From positions 143,292-207,291 of the forward strand of contig CAZIKT010000001.1 of assembly GCA_964539885.1 (NCBI GenBank): a stretch of 64,000 bases of DNA, in the 5' to 3' direction. Of the stretch, positions 10,103 through 19,047 are shown in pieces. Positions within the stretch are counted from its first letter, which is position 1. Each line of letters starts with the position of its first letter. Source of the DNA: an uncultured Ardenticatenaceae bacterium (GTDB lineage: Bacteria; Chloroflexota; Anaerolineae; Promineifilales; Promineifilaceae). The position numbers and the translations under genes were made by a program. Below the pieces are notes generated by a model that was given only the letters and a program-made list of their open reading frames with translations, was not told the DNA's origin and did not search any database.

Positions 10103-10932
10103 CGCTGAAATTCACCCGGGAGAACTACATGTCAGAAAGATCGCTTGCCGTTGAGGTTACCGACCTGACGGTCGCATACAAGGACAAGCCCGTCTTGTGG
10201 GACGTTGATCTGGAGGCGCCGGAGGGTATTCTGCTGGCAATAGTGGGGCCTAACGGGGCCGGCAAGACGACGCTGATCAAGGCCATTCTAGGGCTGGTTG
10301 AGCCCGCAGCCGGGCAAGTCCTGGTTTATGGAAAGCCTTACGTCACGCAGCGCCGCCTGGTGGGTTACGTGCCTCAGCGGGGCAGCGTCGACTGGGATTT
10401 CCCAACCAGTGTGCTGGATGTGGTGAAAATGGGCCGCTACGGTCGGTTGGGCTGGCTGCGCAGGCCGGGACCCGCTGATGAGCATTCGGCAATGGAAGCG
10501 CTGGATAAAGTGGGCATGGGGAAATTTGCCGGTCGCCAGATCAGCCAGTTGTCCGGCGGGCAGCAGCAGCGGGTCTTTCTAGCTCGCGCCCTCGCGCAGG
10601 ACGCCCAGGTCTACTTCATGGATGAGCCTTTCCAAGGGGTGGACGCTACCACTGAGCGCGCCATTGTCGATCTGCTCAAGTCGCTGCGCGCGGCCGGCAA
10701 GACCGTGATCGCCGTTCATCATGACCTGCAGACTGTGGCCGAGTACTTTGATTGGGTCACCCTGCTCAACGTGCGCCGCATCGCCTCCGGCCCGGTCTCA
10801 GACGTGTTCACCGAGCACAATCTACGCCTGACGTATGGTGGTCGGGTGGGTTTCCTGAACGGCCACGGCGTGTTGACTGGTGAGGCCGGGCCGGAAAAGG
10901 TCGTCCCTGATTTGGCCCAGAGCATTTCCTGA
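10099..10932 (+). CDS. metal ABC transporter ATP-binding protein
   Basis: Walker [10 protein letters not shown], signature LSGGQQQR, Walker B VYFMDEP. The ATGA overlap with the upstream stop suggests translational coupling (alternative ATG at 10129). Confidence 0.9.
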   Translation: MTLKFTRENYMSERSLAVEVTDLTVAYKDKPVLWDVDLEAPEGILLAIVGPNGAGKTTLIKAILGLVEPAAGQVLVYGKPYVTQRRLVGYVPQRGSVDWDFPTSVLDVVKMGRYGRLGWLRRPGPADEHSAMEALDKVGMGKFAGRQISQLSGGQQQRVFLARALAQDAQVYFMDEPFQGVDATTERAIVDLLKSLRAAGKTVIAVHHDLQTVAEYFDWVTLLNVRRIASGPVSDVFTEHNLRLTYGGRVGFLNGHGVLTGEAGPEKVVPDLAQSIS

Positions 10933-10941
10933 GCGATTTCC

Positions 10942-12108
10942 ATGGAACTGATCAGCGATCTCTTCTTTGATTACACGGTGCGCACGGTAGCTCTTGGAGC
11001 CCTTGTGCTGGGCGTCGTCAGCGGCGCGCTTGGCTCCTTCGCCGTTCTGCGAAAACAAAGCCTACTCGGCGATGCCATGTCACACGCCGCGCTGCCGGGT
11101 ATCGTGTTGGCCTTCATCATCACGCGCAGCAAAACGACTATCTATCTGCAAATCGGCGCGATGATAGCGGCGTGGCTTGGAGCCATTGCGATCAGCCAGA
11201 TAGTGCGCCACAGCCGCATCAAACAGGATAGCGCCCTGGGGCTGATACTTTCCGTCTTCTTCGGCTTTGGGCTGATGCTGTTGACGTTTGTCCAGCGGAT
11301 ACCGGATGCAACACAGGCCGGCCTGAACAAATTCCTCTTCGGGCAGGCGGCAGCGCTCCTACAGCGAGATGTGATTACCATGGCGGCGCTTGGCGGTATC
11401 GCGCTGCTATTGATGGCCCTCTTCTGGAAGGAATTCAAGCTACTGAGCTTCGACGCCGACTTTGGCGCGACCTTAGGTTTCCCGATGCGCTTGCTGGATG
11501 TTGCGCTGACCACCCTCATTGTGATTGCCATTGTGGTAGGGCTGCAGGCGGTAGGCGTGGTGCTCATGAGCGCCATGATTGTCGCCCCGGCAGCAGCGGC
11601 CCGCCAGTGGACGGACAAGCTGAGCGTAATGGTGCTGCTGGCGGCGTTGTTCGGCGCTCTGGCCGGCGTCTCCGGCACATTGGTCAGCAGTAGCGGAGCC
11701 GGCCTCTCCACCGGGCCGGTGATCGTATTGTCGGTCAGTCTCATCGTGCTGATGTCCTTGCTCTTTGCGCCAAACCGCGGGCTGATCTGGAACTGGATAA
11801 GCCACCGGCGCAACCGACGTCGATTAAGGATCGAAGCCGTGTTACTCGATCTTCACCGGCTTGCCGGTCAACATGGGGACACTGGACACGCCCATGATAT
11901 CGCTGTGTTGCGAGCGATGAGCGGCGGCGCCGGCGGCGTTCAGCGCTCGCTGGAGCGAATGCAGACGCAAGGCTGGGCGCAGGAAGTGCAACCCGGTTCC
12001 TGGGCGCTCACTGTCGCAGGGGTGGAGCAGGCGCGCCGGCTTGAGGATGAGCTTGCCGGGAAGTTTCCGCAGTCCGCCAAGTTGCCGGGGTCGGCCCGCT
12101 CGGTCTAG
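10942..12108 (+). CDS. metal ABC transporter permease (ABC-3 family) with a C-terminal winged-helix-like extension
   Basis: Polytopic ABC-3-like core, plus a 105-aa soluble tail (about 11791-12105) that resembles a DtxR N-terminal wHTH. Confidence 0.9.
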   Translation: MELISDLFFDYTVRTVALGALVLGVVSGALGSFAVLRKQSLLGDAMSHAALPGIVLAFIITRSKTTIYLQIGAMIAAWLGAIAISQIVRHSRIKQDSALGLILSVFFGFGLMLLTFVQRIPDATQAGLNKFLFGQAAALLQRDVITMAALGGIALLLMALFWKEFKLLSFDADFGATLGFPMRLLDVALTTLIVIAIVVGLQAVGVVLMSAMIVAPAAAARQWTDKLSVMVLLAALFGALAGVSGTLVSSSGAGLSTGPVIVLSVSLIVLMSLLFAPNRGLIWNWISHRRNRRRLRIEAVLLDLHRLAGQHGDTGHAHDIAVLRAMSGGAGGVQRSLERMQTQGWAQEVQPGSWALTVAGVEQARRLEDELAGKFPQSAKLPGSARSV

Positions 12109-12121
12109 GGGATTATCCAAA

Positions 12122-13234
12122 ATGACCATCACGCAACTCGAGATCCAGCTTATCGCCGCCGTAGTCGCCGTCGCCTGCGCATTGCCGGGAGTATTCCTGG
12201 TGTTGCGCGGCATGGCGATGATGAGCGACGCTATCAGTCATACGGTGCTGCTGGGCATCGTGCTGGCCTTTTTCTTGGTCGAGGACTTATCCTCACCCGT
12301 CCTGATTGTCGGCGCCACGCTGATGGGCGTTCTCACTGTCAGTCTGGTGGAAGCGCTGAATCGCACCCGCCTTGTCCGGCAGGATGCGGCAATCGGACTG
12401 GTCTTTCCGGCGCTGTTCAGCCTGGCCGTGATCCTCATCTCGCGCTATGCCGGGGATGTGCACCTGGACAGCGACGCTGTCCTGCTGGGGGAGCTTGCCT
12501 TCGCGCCATTCGAGCGCTTCATGCTTTTCAACCGCTTCGATATGGGACCGCTCTCGCTCTGGGTTATGGCCGGGATCCTGTTGCTGAATATCCTGTTCAT
12601 CGCGCTTTTCTACAAGGAATTGAAACTGGCAACGTTTGACGCAGCGCTGGCCGCCAGCCTAGGGTTCTCGCCGGCGCTCATCCATTACGGCTTGATGACT
12701 CTGGTCTCAATCACGGCTGTTGGGGCTTTTGACACCGTTGGATCGGTGCTGGTCGTGGCGCTGATGGTCGGCCCGCCGGTCACCGCGTACTTGTTGACGG
12801 ACAGCCTGCCGCGGATGCTGTCGCTCAGTGTCCTATTCGGAATACTGGGAGCAGTCAGCGGATACTGGTTGGCCCGGATGCTTGACGCGAACATTGCCGG
12901 CGCAATGGCGACCATGGTTGGGGTCTGGTTTCTGGTCGTCTTTCTGGCGGCCCCTGAGCGTGGGATTGTGGCCATGGCGCGCCGGCGCTCCCGCCAAAGG
13001 TGGCAGTTTGCTCAGACGGCGCTGGCTATTCACCTCTATCATCACGAGGGCCTGCCGGAGGAGAAGGAAGAAAACCGACTGGAACACCTGGGCCGCCATC
13101 TGCGCTGGCAGCCGGATTTTGCCGAACAGGTGGTCATCCGCGCCGAGAAGCAGGGGCTGATTCTGCGCAGCAATGGGGATCTGGCGCTGACCAACTCCGG
13201 CAGGAGATCAGCGCAGCAGGCGCTCGCTCAATAG
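12122..13234 (+). CDS. metal ABC transporter permease (ABC-3 family) with a C-terminal winged-helix-like extension
   Basis: ATG at 12122 (MTITQLEIQLIAAVV...). ABC-3-like core plus an 84-aa tail (about 12980-13231): TALAIHLYHHEG...AEQVVIRAEKQGLILRSNGDLALTNSGRR, DtxR-like. Confidence 0.9.
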   Translation: MTITQLEIQLIAAVVAVACALPGVFLVLRGMAMMSDAISHTVLLGIVLAFFLVEDLSSPVLIVGATLMGVLTVSLVEALNRTRLVRQDAAIGLVFPALFSLAVILISRYAGDVHLDSDAVLLGELAFAPFERFMLFNRFDMGPLSLWVMAGILLLNILFIALFYKELKLATFDAALAASLGFSPALIHYGLMTLVSITAVGAFDTVGSVLVVALMVGPPVTAYLLTDSLPRMLSLSVLFGILGAVSGYWLARMLDANIAGAMATMVGVWFLVVFLAAPERGIVAMARRRSRQRWQFAQTALAIHLYHHEGLPEEKEENRLEHLGRHLRWQPDFAEQVVIRAEKQGLILRSNGDLALTNSGRRSAQQALAQ

Positions 13235-13265
13235 TCCGTCCCTCCCCCGGTTAATTGCCTGCTTA

Positions 13266-13703
13266 CTATACGGGCTCGGCCTCTCGCAGCCAGTCGTGGA
13301 CGACCAGCCGGAAGATATCTGACTCGGTGATGATACCCACCAATACGCCGGCATCATCCACAACCGGTAGACCGCTGACCTTGTAACGCAGCATCAGGTG
13401 CGCCGCCTCTCCCACCCTCGCTTCCCGCTGCACGACAATAGGATTCGGAGTCATGATCTCTTCGACTTTGAGCCGGCTGATGAGATAGTTGATTTCCCAG
13501 ATGCTCAGCGCGGTAGCCCCGGAAGGCTCAGCGCCGCGCACATCTCCCAGGGTTACGATGCCGACCAGGCGCCCATCTTTGACCACGGGCAAACGGCGAA
13601 TCCCGTGCTTCTTCATTAACCGATGTGCCTCCGGCAGGGTGGTCTCCGGTTGGATGGTAATCGGATCTTTGCTCATCCAGTCATCAATTACTTCCCGCTT
13701 CAT
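13266..13703 (-). CDS. CBS-pair domain protein
   Basis: Two CBS repeats (HGIRRLPVVKDGRLVGIVTLGDV; YKVSGLPVVDDAGVLVGIITESDI). Confidence 0.85.
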   Translation of the reverse strand: MKREVIDDWMSKDPITIQPETTLPEAHRLMKKHGIRRLPVVKDGRLVGIVTLGDVRGAEPSGATALSIWEINYLISRLKVEEIMTPNPIVVQREARVGEAAHLMLRYKVSGLPVVDDAGVLVGIITESDIFRLVVHDWLREAEPV

Positions 13704-13743
13704 GACCTATCTCTCCTCGCTCAAGAGAACTTTCCCGTGAGAA

Positions 13744-14145
13744 TCAGGCGTACAGTTGCTTGTGGACGACCTCTGCCACCTGCTGGATTTCGGAAATCAG
13801 CCGCTCTGAATCAATGTCCTTCAACAAATAGCGGTGGGCGCCGGATTGTAGAGCTACCGCCCTCTCAAGATCATCCGGGTACGAGGTCAATACAATGACC
13901 CCGACCGAACGGCCCGAAATAGCGCGCGAAATCGCGCCAATAGGATCCAGCCTGAATTCGCTTAGCCCTTTCAGTTCAAGGATTACCACGTCCGGCTCGA
14001 GCTCCCGGATCCGCTGCAGACCACACTGAAAGGAGGTTGTAGCCGCCACAACTTCCAGGTGCGGCGCCGCGCTGAGCCGGGCAACCAACGCCTGGCTAAC
14101 CGCCGGATGCTCGTCAATGATGAGGATGTGTACCTTCTGCATCAT
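13744..14145 (-). CDS. stand-alone response regulator receiver protein
   Basis: REC fold pattern: ILIIDEHP, phospho-acceptor region DVVILEL, VIVLTSY, K in YLLKD. No output domain. Confidence 0.85.
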   Translation of the reverse strand: MMQKVHILIIDEHPAVSQALVARLSAAPHLEVVAATTSFQCGLQRIRELEPDVVILELKGLSEFRLDPIGAISRAISGRSVGVIVLTSYPDDLERAVALQSGAHRYLLKDIDSERLISEIQQVAEVVHKQLYA

Positions 14146-14687
14146 GGCTTGATGGTCTGGTTGGTTGGTGCGCTCACTGCTTCCGGCGTCTGCCGCTCCT
14201 CCTGAATGCTGCTATCGGACAAGAAGATGATGGCCCGATTTGCTCAGGGCAGCCAGATAATTCACTGTTCAGTATAGGTGAACCGTCCTGCCAACCACAG
14301 TAACAAATGTCATAAGAAAGGCATTATCGTTGTCACTCGGAAACAGGGGGAGGCGGGAGACCCCGACGGCTGATCAATCCTGGATCCTGGTCACATGTTT
14401 TGAGACAGCGGGGTCACCCGCGAAATGTGGACGCCTCGACTAGCTTTTGGGCAGCAAGCCGTTAGCTGCATGCACTGAACTGATCCAGTCTCCCAGCTGA
14501 GGGAGATGTCTGGAATTGCTGGAAGCCGCATCCGATATGGGCGAACGATCGATGATTCGGGTATACTTATGGTCAGGGAGGGTACTGCTTGGAGGCCAAT
14601 ACAGGGGTCAGCAGCGAGCCGGCCAGGAGGGCTGCGCCGGCGAGCGCTCTGCTCTGTCGATGTAGAACGCGATGTAGGAGAGCAAGA

Positions 14688-15128
14688 ATGAGCGAATTGA
14701 TGGTCTGCGATCTCATGACTTTGCACCCGGCGACTGTGACGCCAGAAACACCCTTACGAGAGGTTTTGGCCAGAATGCGCGAAGATTGTTGTCGCCAGCT
14801 CCCGGTACTCACCGAGAAAGGCAAATTGGTGGGAATCGTCACCGACAGGGACCTGCGACTGGCTATGAACTCGCCGCTCATATTGCACGAGCGCTGGCAG
14901 GATGAGACGCTATTGGACACCATGACGGCTGCCAGTTGCATGACCCCAGACCCGGTTTTTGTCACGCCGGACACGCCCGCACATAAGGCGGCCAAGTTGC
15001 TGAGCAGCTACAAATTCGGCGCTTTGCCGGTTGTGCATGAGGGAATGTTGGTGGGGATAATCAGCGTCACCGATTTCCTGGAACTGTTCATCGAACAGGA
15101 AAAGCAGACGACGGTAGTCGATTCTTGA
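14688..15128 (+). CDS. CBS-pair domain protein
   Basis: The ATG at 14688 is preceded by an AGGAG RBS. Two CBS repeats (CRQLPVLTEKGKLVGIVTDRDL; FGALPVVHEGMLVGIISVTDF). Confidence 0.85.
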   Translation: MSELMVCDLMTLHPATVTPETPLREVLARMREDCCRQLPVLTEKGKLVGIVTDRDLRLAMNSPLILHERWQDETLLDTMTAASCMTPDPVFVTPDTPAHKAAKLLSSYKFGALPVVHEGMLVGIISVTDFLELFIEQEKQTTVVDS

Positions 15129-15142
15129 GCGGACTCTAGGAT

Positions 15143-16306
15143 TCAGCCGACACCGGCGTACTTCTGCTCGGTCTGTATCGGCAGTTCAAATGTGATTAAG
15201 GTCCCCAGCCCCGGTTCCGCCTCAATATAGACCGCGCCCCCCAGCTCATCCGCACGCGCGCGCATGTTAGCCAATCCGTGGCCGGTCATGAAGGCCTGAT
15301 TCTCGCTATCAAAGCCGGTTCCATCATCCTGCACTTGCAGCGAGATCACATCCTCTCGTTGGGTCAACCTGATCAACACGTTGTCGGCTCGGGCGTGCCG
15401 GGCGACATTGGCAAGCGCCTCTTGCGCCGTCAGAAAGAGCGCCCGAGCGACGTTGGGCGGAAGACCACCAGCCGCGGGGGGCGGCACATGCATGATCACC
15501 GGCACCATCGTATTCGCCTGAAACTCGCGAGCCAGCCGGGCAAGCCCCTGGCTGAGGTTGCCTTCGAACCGTCTGGGCCGCAAATCCAGGATGAAGTTGC
15601 GCATATCGCCAATGGCATCATTCAAGCCGGAAATAGCCCGGTCGATCAGCGCGATCGCTTCCACCTGATCTTCAAGAAGCAGAAGTCGCGTAGACTCTAG
15701 TGTCAGGCCGACCGCGTATACCGCCTGAATGACGCCGTCGTGTAAATCCATACCGATCCGCGAGCGCTCTTCGACTACCGCTAGCCGCCGAACCTGCTCA
15801 TAAAGGCGGGCGTTTTGAATGGCGATGGCTGCGTGCGCCGCCAGCAACTCAATGAGCCCTTGATCATCCGCCGTAAACGGCTCGCCGCCCTGCTTCTCCG
15901 TCAGATAGAGATTGCCGATGATGCCTTCAGCGCCTCGGATCGGCACGCCAAGGAAGGAGTGCATGCTCGGATGGCCGGGCGGGAAGCCAACCGATCGCGG
16001 ATCATCGGCTATGTTGGGAATCCTGATCGTCTTGCCTTCGGTTAGAATTGCGCCGAGAAGCCCCTGCCCACGGGGAAGGCGGCCAATACTGTTTACCTGT
16101 CCGAGTTCCATTCCCCCGTGCACAAACTCGACTAACTCCCCGTCCTGGTTTGGCACTCCCAGGGCTGCGTATCGCGCGTTAACAAGCTTCCGCGCCGACT
16201 CAACGATCTGGCGCAGAACCTTATCCAGCGCCAGATTAGAGGAGACTGCCAGGGCCGCGTCACTGAGAGCCTTCAGCGCGTACTCGTCGATTACTTGCTT
16301 CTGCAT
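15143..16306 (-). CDS. GAF-domain sensor histidine kinase (HisKA_3/NarL-partner type)
   Basis: N-terminal GAF (ARYAALGVPNQDGELVEF...GNLYLTEK), H-box RSRIGMDLHDGVIQ, HATPase N/G boxes (EALANVARHA, DDGTGF, GHGLANMRARA). Confidence 0.9.
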   Translation of the reverse strand: MQKQVIDEYALKALSDAALAVSSNLALDKVLRQIVESARKLVNARYAALGVPNQDGELVEFVHGGMELGQVNSIGRLPRGQGLLGAILTEGKTIRIPNIADDPRSVGFPPGHPSMHSFLGVPIRGAEGIIGNLYLTEKQGGEPFTADDQGLIELLAAHAAIAIQNARLYEQVRRLAVVEERSRIGMDLHDGVIQAVYAVGLTLESTRLLLLEDQVEAIALIDRAISGLNDAIGDMRNFILDLRPRRFEGNLSQGLARLAREFQANTMVPVIMHVPPPAAGGLPPNVARALFLTAQEALANVARHARADNVLIRLTQREDVISLQVQDDGTGFDSENQAFMTGHGLANMRARADELGGAVYIEAEPGLGTLITFELPIQTEQKYAGVG

Positions 16307-16317
16307 GAATACGTGAT

Positions 16318-16974
16318 CTAAGACAGGTAGTCCCTGAGGTGGTGCTGAACCGCGTAGGCTGCTGCTTCCGCCCGGTTAGATACTCCCAGCTTCGACAACA
16401 CACTGCTCACGTAGTTGCGTACAGTGCCCTCACTCAAGAAAAGCGCCTCGGCGATTTCCCGATTGGTCTTGCCTTCCGCTATGAGCGATAGGACTTGCAT
16501 CTCCTGGGGGGTGAGGTTTGTGAAGGCGGCCTTCTCCTCATTCTGGATGGCGCGGCGCATCTCGTTGAACACTCGCTGCGTCAACGACGGATCAAGCGTC
16601 GCTTCACCCTTGGAGGCCGCCTCGATGGCGCGGATGAGGTCTTTGCTGTCGATCTGTTTCAGAACATAGCCGGACGCGCCGGCGCGAATGGCCGAAAAGA
16701 GCAATTCGTCTTCCGCGTAGGAAGTCAGCATCACTACTTTGGTGGCCGGCAGTAAGCTGGTGATCTCCTTGCAGGCCTCGATGCCGCTGCCGCCCACCAG
16801 CCGGATATCCATCAATACGATGTCCGGCTCAAACTGAACGGCCTTTTCCACCGCCTCTTGTGCGGCCGCGGCTTCCGCGACCACCTCAAAGCCGGCATGT
16901 CGCTCCAACAGGCTCTTCAAGCCCAGGCGAACAACCTCATGGTCATCTACAAGCAGGATTCGCAAGTGAGTCAT
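16318..16974 (-). CDS. NarL/FixJ (LuxR-type) response regulator
   Basis: REC domain ([26 protein letters not shown]) plus a LuxR HTH ([45 protein letters not shown]). Confidence 0.9.
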   Translation of the reverse strand: MTHLRILLVDDHEVVRLGLKSLLERHAGFEVVAEAAAAQEAVEKAVQFEPDIVLMDIRLVGGSGIEACKEITSLLPATKVVMLTSYAEDELLFSAIRAGASGYVLKQIDSKDLIRAIEAASKGEATLDPSLTQRVFNEMRRAIQNEEKAAFTNLTPQEMQVLSLIAEGKTNREIAEALFLSEGTVRNYVSSVLSKLGVSNRAEAAAYAVQHHLRDYLS

Positions 16975-17139
16975 AGAATGGCGATCGTGGAAGGCCGGAG
17001 CACATGCTCACGGTCTAATGGGTTTCTTGAGCCGACTTTCCAGGTACTCGAGTTCACTCAAGTATAGCCCTCTTCATTTCATTCCGCCAGTGACCGTGAA
17101 AGGGCACAGCATTTCCGGATATGGCCTCTTAGCCGGGGG

Positions 17140-17193
17140 ACTGGACCAGTTTCGAGTAGTGGTTAATGGCTCACTCTTCGAAACTGGTCCAGT
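17140..17193. repeat. perfect 16-bp inverted repeat with a 22-nt loop
   Basis: ACTGGACCAGTTTCGA (17140-17155) pairs with TCGAAACTGGTCCAGT (17178-17193). It lies about 95 nt downstream of the cytochrome c stop and about 170 nt upstream of the response regulator start. No U-tract follows. Confidence 0.6.
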
Positions 17194-17286
17194 GATCTGC
17201 AAATCTCAAACGGATGGCGAGCGCATGATCGATGCGGAGATGAGAGCACCGCCAGTACCGTTGCCCACTCGCCGCCTACCGGCGGC

Positions 17287-17733
17287 TTACTCTAGCGTCA
17301 ACAGGAAGGCAACCAGGTCGTCGACCTCCTGGTCCGTCAGATCCTCCCCAAAGTTCTGATACATGACTCCCGGCACAAAGCCGTCAACGATGTGTGCGTC
17401 CGGACTCACGATGGACTCCCGCAGGTAGTCCTCGGCCGATTGGCCGGAGACGTACATACCCGCGCGGGTCGCTACGCCGGCGTGTGAGGGACCAACCAGC
17501 ACAACACCGTCTTCGAGCGAGTGGCACGTAGCGCAGCCGGGGGCGCCAGCTGAGCCAATTGTCGTCTGGTTGTATAACTCCTCGCCGCGAGCAGCATCGC
17601 CGCCCGAGGCGGCGCCTTCATTTGCGCCGGATTCGGCGTTGTTCTCTCCTCCGCCGCAAGCAGCGAGCGCCAGGGCAAGAAGGAAAACTAGAATTGAGAG
17701 CACTAGATTCTTGCGCATACTGGTTACCTCCAT
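17287..17733 (-). CDS. monoheme class I c-type cytochrome lipoprotein
   Basis: Lipobox LALAACGG, a single CATCH heme site, distal Met region. Paralog of 18087..18746. Confidence 0.85.
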   Translation of the reverse strand: MEVTSMRKNLVLSILVFLLALALAACGGGENNAESGANEGAASGGDAARGEELYNQTTIGSAGAPGCATCHSLEDGVVLVGPSHAGVATRAGMYVSGQSAEDYLRESIVSPDAHIVDGFVPGVMYQNFGEDLTDQEVDDLVAFLLTLE

Positions 17734-18086
17734 GTTAACTAGACAACCCCGTGAGCAAGAATTCGGGGTACAAAGTAGCGAGTACCGGCGCGCCGCCGCA
17801 AGTACAGCAGCCTAGCTTCCCGGATTCGCTACTCAACACGGATCTTATCACACTTTGACTACGGGTGACGTAAGGTTTGGGCCAGCCGGCATCGGCTCTC
17901 AGCCGCCTTGGGGCGGCTCCAACGACCCTGGTGCGTCACGGTCGCCTGTCGATCCCCCTTGATAGCGCCGGCACAAAAATGCCCCGCAGCTCACTGTCGG
18001 GCAAGTCCCCTCCGGAACATGCTCGCTAGTGGCTACGGGGCTGTTTCTGTTACTCATCAGGCAAGCGACTTGCCTGGCCGTGCTGA

Positions 18087-18746
18087 TTACTGCAGAGACA
18101 AGAGGTAGGCTACCAGGTCGGCGATATCTTCTTCCGACAGCTGCTCACCATATAGTTGGTACATGATGTCGGCGACAAATCCATCCACAATGAAGGCGTT
18201 CGGATCCACGATCGATTCGCGCAAGTACTCCTCAGCCGACATTCCCGACACCCGGGAGGCTGCCGCCGTTCCAACGCCAAAGTGAGAAGGGCCAACGATG
18301 ACCGTGCCCTCCAGAGGAGAGTGGCAGGCCGCGCAGCCGGGGGCGCTGCCCGCTGCGCCAAGCGTTGGCAGGTTATAGAGTTGCTCACCGCGAACGGCAT
18401 CGCCAGCCGGTTCAGCGGTCGGCTCTTCGGTTGGCTCAGCGGTTGGCTCTTCGGTTGGCTCAACAGTCGCTACTTCTGTCGACTCGGCGGTAGGTTCCTC
18501 TGTCGCTTCAGCCATCGGTTCTTCTGTCGGCTCAGCCATCGGTTCCTCTGTCGGCTCAGCCATCGGTTCCTCTGTCGGCTCAGCCGTCGGTTCCTCAGTT
18601 GGCTCAGCAGCCTCTTCGTCCGCGCCGTTGTTTTCGCTGACCGCCTGGCCGTTGTTCGACTCGGCTGAGTTGTCGCCGCCCCCACAGGCGGCCAACACCA
18701 GGAGCAGCAAAAGTGTGAATGTAATCATCAACAACTTCTTCATCAA
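18087..18746 (-). CDS. monoheme class I c-type cytochrome lipoprotein with a repetitive acidic Pro/Thr/Glu linker
   Basis: Lipobox VLAACGG, a single CAACH site. The C-terminal domain is roughly 60% identical by eye to 17287..17733. The linker is built of AEPTEEP(T/M) units. Confidence 0.85.
   Translation of the reverse strand: MMKKLLMITFTLLLLLVLAACGGGDNSAESNNGQAVSENNGADEEAAEPTEEPTAEPTEEPMAEPTEEPMAEPTEEPMAEATEEPTAESTEVATVEPTEEPTAEPTEEPTAEPAGDAVRGEQLYNLPTLGAAGSAPGCAACHSPLEGTVIVGPSHFGVGTAAASRVSGMSAEEYLRESIVDPNAFIVDGFVADIMYQLYGEQLSEEDIADLVAYLLSLQ
18408..18608 (-). repeat. in-frame 24-nt tandem repeat (about 8 units) encoding an (A/V)EPTEEP(T/M) linker
   Basis: The plus strand shows repeated ggctcagccatcggttcctctgtc units with small variations. 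Confidence 0.9.
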
Positions 18747-19012
18747 GAAATCCTCCTTTAGACCTTGCTGACAAAAACTGGAACAAGCGTGGGGCGCAGC
18801 TTGTGAGGCCGCGCCCCGATTTAAGAAGCAGGCATCCAGTCAAAGTAGCCCAGGTAGTTGCCATCATATTCGAATACCATTGCGGCGAAAAGCGACCAAA
18901 GTCGGAATGTGGCCTTGCCAGGCTAAGACTATTGGATGTCCCGAACTTCCATTATGTCATATTACCTCATCAATGCGCGCTCGTGTCAAATGCGTAGCAC
19001 GAACTCCGGCTC

Positions 19013-19039
19013 TTGGTCTCGGCGCAGGAAGTGTATAAT
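19013..19039 (+). promoter_or_regulatory. candidate promoter giving a leaderless or near-leaderless ywiC-like mRNA
   Basis: TATAAT at 19034-19039 is only 8 nt before the ATG at 19048. There is no purine-rich RBS. The -35 is weak: TTGGTC at 19013-19018 with a 15-nt spacer. Confidence 0.3.
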
Positions 19040-19047
19040 CTGATGCC

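Noticed and set aside
18058-18076. The hairpin CAGGCAAG-CGA-CTTGCCTG just downstream of the 18087 cytochrome c stop, considered as an intrinsic terminator.
   Set aside because: No U-tract follows it in the transcribed (minus) orientation. It may still affect RNA stability, but I cannot support a terminator call.
18408-18608. Regular 24-nt repeats that could be mistaken for a CRISPR-like or minisatellite array.
   Set aside because: The repeats are contiguous with no spacers. They are in-frame within a cytochrome c lipoprotein gene and translate to an AEPTEEP linker. No cas genes are present in the window.
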